From: Candidatus Woesearchaeota archaeon
GTDB taxonomy: Archaea; Nanobdellota; Nanobdellia; Woesearchaeales; GW2011-AR15
Reading direction: 5' to 3'
Length of the DNA: 41,648 nucleotides
NCBI GenBank assembly: GCA_014729915.1
Contig: WJJD01000016.1
Coordinates: 1 to 41,648 of the forward strand
Shown: in pieces, positions 9,948 to 18,909 of the stretch
Numbering within the stretch: the stretch's first letter is position 1
Layout of the letters: every line of letters starts with the position of its first letter
Notes under the pieces: generated by a model
What the model was told of the DNA's origin: nothing
The model's input: only the letters and a program-made list of their open reading frames with translations
Database searches by the model: none
Made by a program: the position numbers and the translations under genes

Positions 9948-10838
9948 ATGCAAATAATAAAACACAATGAATTAATACCTGAAAAAAAATGGATACAGGA
10001 AATTAGTTACCTGAAAACCAAGAAAATCCTTTCAGACAAGAATGAAATTCTTAAAAAATTAAAAAAAATATTGATAGAATCTGTAAAAAAAAGAATTCCT
10101 GAAAAAAAATTCGGGATACTGTTTTCCGGAGGAATTGATTCAACATTAATAGCATATATCTGTAAAAAACTAAATAAAGATTTTACTTGTTATTCAGTGG
10201 GGCTTTCAAATTCAAAAGATGTCATAAGTGCAGAAAAAACAGCAAAAAAACTAGATTTTGACCTTAAGATAAAAAAATACACAATCAGTGAAGTTGAGCC
10301 TCTCTTAAAAAAAACAATAAACGTTCTTGGTAAAAATTATGCAAATGTTGTCAATGTAGGTGTAGGTTCAGTAATCCTTGCAACAATTAAGTTAGGAAAT
10401 AAAGACAATATAGATTATTTTTTTTCGGGCCTGGGGTCAGAAGAGATCTTTGCAGGATACCAGAGGCATGAAGATGCAAAAAATATAACTAATGAATGCT
10501 GGAACGGCCTAAAAAACATGTGGAAAAGGGATTTTTTAAGGGATTACAGGATAGCAAAATACAGTAAGGTGCAGGTTGCATTTCCATTTCTGGATAAAAA
10601 ATTAATCAAATACTCTATGCAGATTCCCGAAAAATACAAGATTACTGATAACATAAAAAAATATATCTTAAGAAGAGCAGCTGTAAATATGCAAATTCCA
10701 GAAGAATTTGCATTAAGGAGAAAAAAAGCAGCACAATACGGAAGCGGGTTTGATAAAGCAATGCATAAGCTTGCAAGAAAAAACAACTTTAAATATAAAA
10801 GCAGCTATCTAAAACATCTAAAAAAATCAATTGAGTAG
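9948..10838 (+). CDS. Asparagine synthase C-terminal (N-type ATP pyrophosphatase) domain protein
   Basis: LFSGGIDS PP-loop, SGLGSEEIFAGY, PFLD, KYILR, KKAAQYGSG; no N-terminal Cys glutaminase domain. Confidence 0.88.
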   Translation: MQIIKHNELIPEKKWIQEISYLKTKKILSDKNEILKKLKKILIESVKKRIPEKKFGILFSGGIDSTLIAYICKKLNKDFTCYSVGLSNSKDVISAEKTAKKLDFDLKIKKYTISEVEPLLKKTINVLGKNYANVVNVGVGSVILATIKLGNKDNIDYFFSGLGSEEIFAGYQRHEDAKNITNECWNGLKNMWKRDFLRDYRIAKYSKVQVAFPFLDKKLIKYSMQIPEKYKITDNIKKYILRRAAVNMQIPEEFALRRKKAAQYGSGFDKAMHKLARKNNFKYKSSYLKHLKKSIE

Positions 10839-11096
10839 ATTCTCTTGATAGACACAGTAGTAGAATATATACTTGCATGTAAAGGATATCAAATACTTCT
10901 GCATTCTATTTAAGACATTATCAATTAAGCGCACTTGGTAACTTTTCTTTTCAAAATTTATTGGAATTTTCTTAGAAGAATCAAAAGATCACATCTTAAA
11001 TATCTATCGGGAAAATTTCAGGAAAAAAGCTTATGTGAGATGTAGTCTCCTATTTAGAAAAGTTTATAAAACTTTTTGATATAATAAAATTCAGAA

Positions 11097-11561
11097 ATGA
11101 AAATATTAGTCGTCTATTATTCAAGAACCGGAAAAACTGAGGAGGTTGCTAAAAAAATTTCAAAGAGGTTAAAAGCAGATATAGAAAAGATTATTGATAA
11201 AAAATCCAGGAAAGGAATTCTTGGGTATATTTCCGGTGGGAAAGATGCTGCAACCAGAAAATTGACAAAGATTGGAAAAATAAAGAATGATCCTGAAAAA
11301 TATGATCTGGTCATTATCGGAACACCTGTGTGGGCAAGAACAATGGCTCCTGCAATAAGAACATACCTGACTAAAAACAAACTAAAAAAAAAAGTAGCAT
11401 TTTTTTGCACCTGCGGAAGCTATGGTATTGAAAAGACCTTCCGCCACATGAGAGAACTTACAAATCATGCAGAATATGTTGCAGGGATAGGACTTACTTC
11501 AAAAGATCTGAACTATGATTATTCAGACAAGATTGAAATGTTTACAGAAAGCCTAACATGA
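11097..11561 (+). CDS. Flavodoxin-like protein
   Basis: VYYSRTGKT FMN loop, GTPVWA, AFFCT. Confidence 0.9.
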   Translation: MKILVVYYSRTGKTEEVAKKISKRLKADIEKIIDKKSRKGILGYISGGKDAATRKLTKIGKIKNDPEKYDLVIIGTPVWARTMAPAIRTYLTKNKLKKKVAFFCTCGSYGIEKTFRHMRELTNHAEYVAGIGLTSKDLNYDYSDKIEMFTESLT

Positions 11562-12010
11562 GATTTGAAAGATTCTCGATATTTGGATTTTTGATACCGA
11601 TTCTTAGCAGTCTGATAGGACTAGTTGGAGCAGTTCTTATAATTCTTATTCTTAAGCTTATAAATATATTTATAGAAAGTGCAATAATTGCTGATATTTC
11701 CGGTCTGATTTATAGCAACCTATTACTTTTGTTCTTTATCTCTTTACTTACATCCTATGCAAATTACTTTTTAAAATTCAGATTCACTTTGGGAGTCATC
11801 TCTCCATTGATAAGCTCAGCTGCCGGAGTTCTTATAATCTATTTTATTCTTAAGATATTTACTGTAATAAATAAACATATCAATCTTGAAATCATTACTG
11901 TTATCAGCAGTTTTTTTAGTGAAAATATACTGACAATACTTGTATTACTTCTTATTCTGAGTTATCTGGGATTTGTCATAGAAACAGCCAAAGAACTCAA
12001 AGCAAAATGA
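11558..12010 (+). CDS. Membrane protein
   Basis: About four hydrophobic segments; 4-bp overlap with the flavodoxin gene. Confidence 0.7.
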   Translation: MRFERFSIFGFLIPILSSLIGLVGAVLIILILKLINIFIESAIIADISGLIYSNLLLLFFISLLTSYANYFLKFRFTLGVISPLISSAAGVLIIYFILKIFTVINKHINLEIITVISSFFSENILTILVLLLILSYLGFVIETAKELKAK

Positions 12011-12074
12011 GCCTGGGATAAAAAAAATTCTAAAAAACAAATTTTTGAACCTCCAGTTCATTTTTTGACAAAAA

Positions 12075-12165
12075 TGAGCCTGGAGGGATTTGAACCCCCG
12101 CCAGCCGGTCCGAAGCCGACCGCCCTTTCTGGTATGCAAATATATCCAGACTAGGCTACAGGCCC
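12075..12165 (-). tRNA. tRNA-Arg(TCG) with 17-nt D-loop intron (12127-12143)
   Basis: GGGCCTG/CAGGCTC acceptor, GTCGG-CTTCGGA-CCGGC anticodon arm, GGGGG-TTCAAAT-CCCTC T arm; BHB CTGG/CCAG with ATA and AAA bulges; TATA box at 12191-12199. Confidence 0.93.
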
Positions 12166-12433
12166 ATAAGTAGGAAAAAACTTGTTGAAATATATAAAAT
12201 TATGTCAAAAGAAGGCTTTGTAGAAATGCTGTCAAAATGAAATTTCTTTGAAAAAATTGAAATTCCTTTTTTCACATCATTGATTTTCAAAACCAGTAAT
12301 TTTTTCAAAAAAACCTAAGGATTTCTACAGAGCCTCAAAAGAAAAATTATTATCAAATATAATTCTTAAAAAAAAAACAAATATTAGTAATGATTGTAAC
12401 AATAATGGATTTTTTTCTAAAAAATCCATAAAT

Positions 12434-12715
12434 TTACTTTTTCTTAAGCAATAGCTCGATTGTTGATACTCTGATCTGTTTTCCTTCCTTATTCTCAAAC
12501 TCTTCAGAATCAACTTTTACGTCATCAATCTCTACTTGTCCCTTAAGAAACCTTTTAGATGCAACCTCAGCAACATCAACAGCTCTGCTGATGAACTTTC
12601 CCCTTGCCTTTACTAAAACTTCTTGTTCATTCTTTGTTGTAAACTGCATCACAACGCCAGTCACATAATTCATAAAGGGCTTATTTCCAATAAAAATAGT
12701 GTTGTCATCTGACAT
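12434..12715 (-). CDS. albA: DNA/RNA-binding protein Alba
   Basis: IGNKPFMNYV, KARGKFISRAVDVAE, VSTIEL. Confidence 0.97.
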   Translation of the reverse strand: MSDDNTIFIGNKPFMNYVTGVVMQFTTKNEQEVLVKARGKFISRAVDVAEVASKRFLKGQVEIDDVKVDSEEFENKEGKQIRVSTIELLLKKK

Positions 12716-12739
12716 TCGTACTCTACCTCCTTACATTCA

Positions 12740-12934
12740 TTAAATTTCTTTTCTTGTCTTTACTATTCTTGTAATGTAGCCTGCAAGAATATTTCTCATC
12801 TTTTTAGAAGGCACATCAACAAGTTCATTCAAAATCTCTTTATTCTCCTTGAAATTCTTCTTGAATTTATCTCCATGTTTCTCTATTAATTCTTCTGTCG
12901 CTCTCTTGATTTTCTGTGTTTTTATTCTGCCCAT
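12740..12934 (-). CDS. rps17e: 30S ribosomal protein S17e
   Basis: MGRIKT...IKR, F.ENK, SKKMRNILAGYIT. Confidence 0.97.
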   Translation of the reverse strand: MGRIKTQKIKRATEELIEKHGDKFKKNFKENKEILNELVDVPSKKMRNILAGYITRIVKTRKEI

Positions 12935-13151
12935 AATCTTAAACAGGAAAATATACGCAATTTATAAATATTGTGGAATGAGTTCTCCAACTACCAGAAG
13001 GAAAATTTGAACTTTCCAAAAAAACATATTTTTCCTTGTTTAAATTCATTTTCTGAACAAATGATTTTTTAATGAAGTCATATGGAAGTTCATCACAGAA
13101 AAAATTACTTTATCAAAAATTATTAAAAAACAAAATAATTTTAGTAAATTA

Positions 13152-13565
13152 ATGGAAACAATAACAATTCTGACCTTATGCCTGGTCTTTATAATAATCC
13201 TTTATATCGGATACAGGCTGGGGTTAAAAAAAGCAAAGATTGAAGTCCATAAGAAATGGGAAAAAATAGTCCCGGACATAAGAAAAGATGCTGTAAAAAA
13301 ATCAAGAGAAGTTCTTACAGGAAAATTCTCTGAGCAATTGGCTCCATATCTTCCTCATTTTCCATATTCTCCGACAGAAGCAAGGTTCATCGGAAACCCT
13401 ATTGATTTTATAGTCTTTAAAGGGATAGACAATAAGGAGCCTGAAGAAGTCATATTTATTGAGGTAAAATCACAAAAATCAAAACTATCGACAAAAGAAA
13501 GAAAACTTAGGGACATAATAAAAAAAAAGAAAGTATCCTGGGAGGAATACAGGATAAGTCTATGA
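13152..13565 (+). CDS. Holliday junction resolvase-like endonuclease with N-terminal TM (Endonuc_Holl family)
   Basis: SR.VL.GKFSEQLAP, RFIGNPIDFIVF, FIEVKS PD-(D/E)xK motif. Confidence 0.88.
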   Translation: METITILTLCLVFIIILYIGYRLGLKKAKIEVHKKWEKIVPDIRKDAVKKSREVLTGKFSEQLAPYLPHFPYSPTEARFIGNPIDFIVFKGIDNKEPEEVIFIEVKSQKSKLSTKERKLRDIIKKKKVSWEEYRISL

Positions 13566-13589
13566 ACTCAACTTATATTTCAATACAAA

Positions 13590-14372
13590 TCAGCACAACT
13601 CAACCGCAATCTTAGCTGCAAGCTTAACAGTTATATTATTTACATCCTTTTTCGGGTTGACTTCAACAATATCTGCCATTTTAAGATTTTTTAACATTCT
13701 TATCCTCTGTATGAAAAAAAGTAATTCTCTTGATGTAAATCCTCCCGGCTCAATATAACCTGTGCCCGGAGCAAAAGCAGGATCAACAACATCAATGTCA
13801 ATTGAAAGATACAAAGCATCAAATCTTCTTGATACATTCATGAAAGCATCTGAAACTTCCATACAGCCGTCACAGGAAAATTCTTTCATTGCAAAATATT
13901 TTATCTTATTCTTTTTTAGAAATTCAAGCTCTTTTGAATGCATGTTCCTTAAGCCTACAAGAACAACATTTTCTGCCTTAACATGATTCTTAATAATTAA
14001 AACTTTTAAGAAATCTTCGTGGGTGGGAGGAGAAAAATTATTCTCACAATCCGGGTGAGCATCAAAAATAATAAGACCGGGATTATCAAATTTTTTAGAA
14101 AACGCCTTAAAACAAGGATAGGTAATAGAATGATCTCCTCCGAGAATAACTGCAGGACAGTCAGTCTGAGCAATATATTCAAAAATCTTTTTATTATTAT
14201 TTTGCATATTAAGACCATCCACATCAATTTCTGAGACATCAAATATAGGAAGAAGATCATTTTCTTTTAGAAAAAAATCTTTCATATGTTTTACAATCAG
14301 GCCAGGAGCAAGTTCTATTCCTTTTTTTTTATCCATCGCTCCAATATTTGATGAGATTTTTATAAATTTCAT
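13590..14372 (-). CDS. Arginase/agmatinase (ureohydrolase) family protein
   Basis: GGDHS, DAHPD, SIDID.VDP..APGTG..EPGG, EVNP. Confidence 0.93.
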   Translation of the reverse strand: MKFIKISSNIGAMDKKKGIELAPGLIVKHMKDFFLKENDLLPIFDVSEIDVDGLNMQNNNKKIFEYIAQTDCPAVILGGDHSITYPCFKAFSKKFDNPGLIIFDAHPDCENNFSPPTHEDFLKVLIIKNHVKAENVVLVGLRNMHSKELEFLKKNKIKYFAMKEFSCDGCMEVSDAFMNVSRRFDALYLSIDIDVVDPAFAPGTGYIEPGGFTSRELLFFIQRIRMLKNLKMADIVEVNPKKDVNNITVKLAAKIAVELC

Positions 14373-14878
14373 TTTCCAATCAGTTGTATCAGAAGAATAG
14401 CAATAAAAATTACAAGTATTACATTAATTAAAATTACAACCATCATTCTTCTGTTCTGGACATACATCCTGTTTGTTGTCAATAAAATATCGGTTTTAGT
14501 GATGTATCCAATTATTTTTTTGTTTTTTAAGACCGGAAGCTTGCTTATATTATTTTTTTTCATAATATTGCTTGCTTTACCAATAGAGGTGCCGGGTGAA
14601 ATGCTTTTGAGATTCTTGCTCATTATTTTTTTTATCATTATTTTTTTAGGATCCTTATTTTCAACAATTATCTTTTTAATGATATCTCCTTCACTGAAAA
14701 TACCAATAGGTTTTTGATTGTTATCTACAACAATAAGACCACTTATACCCTTATTTGCCATAATGTTAACTGCTTTAAAAACAGTATCATCCTGATTAAT
14801 TGTTCTTACTCGGGTTATCATAATTTCTGATACAGGGATATCAGTAACAAATTTCCAGAAACTCTTGTTTTTTTTCAT
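14369..14878 (-). CDS. CBS-pair protein with C-terminal TM helix
   Basis: Two CBS repeats (GIFSEGDI, GYITKTDI) and hydrophobic tail. Confidence 0.9.
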   Translation of the reverse strand: MKKNKSFWKFVTDIPVSEIMITRVRTINQDDTVFKAVNIMANKGISGLIVVDNNQKPIGIFSEGDIIKKIIVENKDPKKIMIKKIMSKNLKSISPGTSIGKASNIMKKNNISKLPVLKNKKIIGYITKTDILLTTNRMYVQNRRMMVVILINVILVIFIAILLIQLIGK

Positions 14879-14888
14879 TTTTTCACCT

Positions 14889-15452
14889 TTAATATAGATT
14901 TAATGCACTTAAGACTTGATATATCAATCTAATGAAATGAATTGTTACAAAAACATTAAACATCCAATCTCCTACTGCGTGAGTAAAATTTTTTACCATG
15001 TTTGGATTAACTACCTGCATAACAGGGAAACTTAAAAGGGATCTTATAGTAAAACTGATAACAAACGCAATCCAGAAAGTATCATAACCAAGTGATGCAA
15101 ACAGGTTACCAAGAACTCCTGAAAGACACATAAAAAGTATCATAGTTATAGAGATAAGATTTAATCTGGAAATTTTAATAAAACCATAAGCTCCAAAAAT
15201 TAATGCAAAAAGAACAGCAATCTGCCAGTTATAGATATATCCAAGAAGAATAGCCGAAGCACTAATGGATTCAATGGAAATGTGGGGAACCATTCTTGTT
15301 GCAAGAAGAGAGTATACACCTGCAAAACCTAAAAGAATGAACAGGGTTATTAACACAATAAAATCATTTAATAATATAAGAGCTATTATTCCGGCAAGTA
15401 GCAATCTTATATTTTCTTTAACAAAATTAATTGTTTTAATTTTTGTATTCAT
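14889..15452 (-). CDS. Multi-pass membrane protein
   Basis: Hydrophobic; likely paralog of 9321-9905. Confidence 0.7.
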   Translation of the reverse strand: MNTKIKTINFVKENIRLLLAGIIALILLNDFIVLITLFILLGFAGVYSLLATRMVPHISIESISASAILLGYIYNWQIAVLFALIFGAYGFIKISRLNLISITMILFMCLSGVLGNLFASLGYDTFWIAFVISFTIRSLLSFPVMQVVNPNMVKNFTHAVGDWMFNVFVTIHFIRLIYQVLSALNLY

Positions 15453-15487
15453 TGTCTGAAATCAGAGATTCCTGAAAAAATAAGATC

Positions 15488-17185
15488 CTACATCTCATTT
15501 AAGGCTTCTATTCCAAGAATATTCAGTCCCTGTTTTATAACTATACTCACTGCATAAATCAGTATTATTCTGGATTTAGTCAGCTCTTTTTTTTCTGACA
15601 GTATCCTGTGTATATGATAATAATTATTAAACGACTGGCATAAATCAAGTAGATATCTTGAGATAATGCTTGGTTTATATTCTTTTGTACTTTTTTTTAC
15701 AGTTTCAGGAAAATTCGAAAGATATTTGATTAACTCTTTTTCTTGTTTTTTTATAAGAAGTTTAGGATTAAATTCCTTGCTTAGATTCTTTTTATACTTT
15801 TTTAAGATACTTTTAATTCTTGCATAAGTATATTGTATATATGGACCTGTTTCTCCTTCAAAAGATATAGATTCCTTTTGGTTGTAAGTAAAATCTTTCA
15901 TCGGATCATATTTTAAAATATAAAATTTGATTGCAGACATTCCTATCTGTTCAGCTCTTTTTTCAATTTCTTTTTCTGAAAGATTTTTATTTCTTTTTTT
16001 TACTTCTATTTTTGCAAGTTTGTGCATCTCATCAGCAAGATTGTCAGCATCAACAACTTTTCCCTGTCTTGATTTCATTTTTCCTTCGGGAAGATATATC
16101 ATGCCGTAAGCTAAATGATAACAGTCATCTGCAAAAGGATATTTTAGTTTTTTAAATATTTCAAAAAGCACCTTGAAATGATAGATCTGCTCATTTCCGA
16201 CAATATATATCATTTTATCCATCTTATAATCTTTATAGCGAAGATCTGCAAGGACAAGATCCTGGGTGATATATATTGATGTGCCGTCTGCCCTTAATAC
16301 TACCTTTTTACCTAGATTCTTTTCTTCAAGATCAATTATGATATTTCCTTCTTCATCCTTTTCAAAAAGCCCATTTTTCAGGCCATCAAGAACCAATTTT
16401 TTTCCTTTTTCATAATGTTTTGATTCCGGATATGCCTTATCCATCTCAACACCGAACCTCTCATAAGTTTCTTTAAACCCTTCTATTGCCCATGAATTCA
16501 TCTTTTTCCATAATTCCCTTGTTTTTTTATCATTATTTTCCCATTTTACAAGCATATCTCTTATCTCTTGTTCAAGTTCAGGGTTTTGTTTTACTCTTTT
16601 TGAAAACAGCACATAAAAATCTCCGACAAAATGATCAGGTTTTTTATCAGGTTCTTTATTATCTGCGTATTTTTTATAGGCAAGCATTGATTTGCAGATA
16701 TGAACACCACGATCATTGATAATATCAACCCTTACAGTATCATAACCAGAAAACTCATATAGGTTCACAAGAGCATTTCCAAGAACCATGTTTCTTACAT
16801 GGCCAAGGTGAAGCGGCTTGTTTGTGTTTGGACCGGGTGATTCTATCATCACAGTTGTATCTTTTTCTTGTCCTCTTCCGTAGTTTTCTTTTTTTTTAAG
16901 CACATCTTTGAGTATATTTTCAGCAAGTTTTACCGAAGAAACAAAGAAATTCAGATATGGTCCTATTATTTTGATCTCAGAAAAATAATCTCCTACTTGT
17001 ATGTTATCCATAAGTACCTTTGCAGTCTCATTGGGTGATTTTTTACACTCTTTGGCAAGCTTAAAGCAGGGAAGGGCGTAGTCTCCTAAATTTGGATCGG
17101 GTGGGATTTCGATATCATCTGCAGATATATTATTATTAATATGCTTATTTACAGAAGAAACAATCATTTCTTTTAGGTCAATCAT
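15488..17185 (-). CDS. argS: Arginine--tRNA ligase
   Basis: PNTNKPLHLGHVRN (HIGH), KMKSRQG (KMSKS), FEGETGPYIQYTYARI. Confidence 0.98.
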   Translation of the reverse strand: MIDLKEMIVSSVNKHINNNISADDIEIPPDPNLGDYALPCFKLAKECKKSPNETAKVLMDNIQVGDYFSEIKIIGPYLNFFVSSVKLAENILKDVLKKKENYGRGQEKDTTVMIESPGPNTNKPLHLGHVRNMVLGNALVNLYEFSGYDTVRVDIINDRGVHICKSMLAYKKYADNKEPDKKPDHFVGDFYVLFSKRVKQNPELEQEIRDMLVKWENNDKKTRELWKKMNSWAIEGFKETYERFGVEMDKAYPESKHYEKGKKLVLDGLKNGLFEKDEEGNIIIDLEEKNLGKKVVLRADGTSIYITQDLVLADLRYKDYKMDKMIYIVGNEQIYHFKVLFEIFKKLKYPFADDCYHLAYGMIYLPEGKMKSRQGKVVDADNLADEMHKLAKIEVKKRNKNLSEKEIEKRAEQIGMSAIKFYILKYDPMKDFTYNQKESISFEGETGPYIQYTYARIKSILKKYKKNLSKEFNPKLLIKKQEKELIKYLSNFPETVKKSTKEYKPSIISRYLLDLCQSFNNYYHIHRILSEKKELTKSRIILIYAVSIVIKQGLNILGIEALNEM

Positions 17186-17365
17186 ATAGTGTTAAAATTA
17201 GATATATTTTAAAAAATTAATTGAAAAAGACGAGTATTTAGTCTGGGAAAAACATAAATAAGGAAATTTTTTTGTTACTATTCACTGTTCAAGTAACTCC
17301 TCTATAAGTTATTTGCGTTTATAATAAAATTATTGAATAATCAAAAAGCTTGCTTTTTGTGTACT

Positions 17366-17491
17366 TCAAATTCTTTTTAGAATTTGTAGACCTAAAAATT
17401 TGTTTACAAATTTTAAGTACCAAAAATCCTTTTCTGATTTTTCAGTACCCATTACACGGAATGGGTTGTTGTACCCAAAGTCAATTCCCAT
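17366..17491 (-). CDS. Possible 41-aa small ORF or gene remnant (MGIDFGYNNPFRV...)
   Basis: Strong GGAGGT RBS 8 nt upstream of the ATG; below the ORF-track length cutoff. Confidence 0.3.
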   Translation of the reverse strand: MGIDFGYNNPFRVMGTEKSEKDFWYLKFVNKFLGLQILKRI

Positions 17492-17880
17492 TGATTAATA
17501 CCTCCATTGTTTTATGCATTTGTTCTTATAGAAAATTTTCAAATTATCCTTTTTTTTTGGATAATTTTAAATTTGCTTACGTAAAAAACTCTACTGCATT
17601 TTTTTGTACAAGAAAATACAAAGTATTGTCAAAGCTCATACCCTCCCACCAGTGAATCGCTTCACTCAACACTGGTGGAAAGCTTAAATTCTAGCTCATT
17701 CTTCATTTTTTTAATTTAAAAACTTGATTCTTAAGAAAAATCTTCTTGATGCTTCTACTTGCTCATCATTGTCAAATCCTAAAACTTCGCAGGCATATTG
17801 CCTCATTCGATCTTGAATTAAATCTTTAAGTCTAACTAAACAAGTTCTTGGGTGGGATTTCACAATCTATTTACTTCTTG

Positions 17881-18675
17881 TATTATGACAAATTAATTTA
17901 GTTACATTTATATATAAGTTCATCTTTAAATAAAGTATGAAAAAAATCAAACTAAAAAAAAAAGAAAAAAAATTTCTAAAAGAATATATTAGTAAAGGAA
18001 AAAAGAAAGCAAGATCAATTGCAAGAGCAAATGTACTGCTCTTACTTGATCAAAGATGGGACAACAAAAGTATTACTGCAAGTACAGGACTACATAGGCA
18101 AAGCATATGGAGAATTAAAAAAAGATATCTTAAAGAAGGAATAAAATCAGCAATAACTGAGAAACCAAGACCTGGTCAACCAAAGAAATATTCAAAAAAA
18201 GATAAAGCCACACTAATAGCAACAGCATGCAGTGATCCTCCCAAAGGTAGAAAAAGATGGACAGTTAGGTTGTTAGCAAAGGAAATGCGAGAAAAAGAAG
18301 GGATGAAAACTATGAATCGTGAAACAGTACGTTTAATTCTAAAAAAAACAAAACAAAACCTTGGTTGAAAAAAAGATGGTGTATACCAAAATTAACACCC
18401 GAATTTAAGAGAAGAATGTATGATATTCTCGATCTTTATGAAACACCATACGATCCAAAAAACCCCGTAATTGTAATTGATGAAAAACCTATTCAATTAA
18501 TAGATCATATAAGAAAACCAATTCCTACAAAACAGGGAAAGATTGCTAAACAAGATTATGAATATAAAAGAAATGGTACAGCAAATATTTTTATTGGTGT
18601 TGAATTCAAAGCAGGAAAAAGAATTACAAAAGATACAAAGATAAGAACAAAAAAACATTATGCGCGATTTGCCAA
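17881..18675 (+). mobile_element. Truncated IS630-family insertion sequence
   Basis: HTH ORF 17937-18368 plus DDE ORF start (KPWLKKRWCIP, IDEKP, DYEYKRNGTANIF); left end near TATTATGACAAATTAA is approximate; right part missing. Confidence 0.85.
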
Positions 18676-18862
18676 AAGAGATTACACCTTAGAAGTGCAT
18701 GTTGACCACTTAATGCAAATTACTAGTGGAAGTATAGTATTTTATGATCCTGAAACACAACACAAGAGAGGAAGAAGAGATAAAATGAACAGAAGTGAGT
18801 TAATAGATCAGGCAGGGAAACTTGGGATGGATGAACACAACTTATTACCTTTCAAAGAATGA
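17937..18862 (+). pseudogene. IS630 transposase, -1 frameshift at A8C (18341-18349), truncated before the 2nd/3rd catalytic residues and fused to unrelated sequence
   Basis: -1 shift gives LKKNKTKPW; no downstream DNL/E motifs after about HYARF. Confidence 0.85.
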
Positions 18863-18909
18863 AAACCTCCTGCAGCTCTTGAAGGTGAGCATTTTTTTAA
18901 ATGAACTAC

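Noticed and set aside
11945..12139. 64-aa ORF
   Set aside because: Overlaps tRNA-Arg
17713..17865. 50-codon minus-strand frame beside the IS630
   Set aside because: No RBS or recognisable motif
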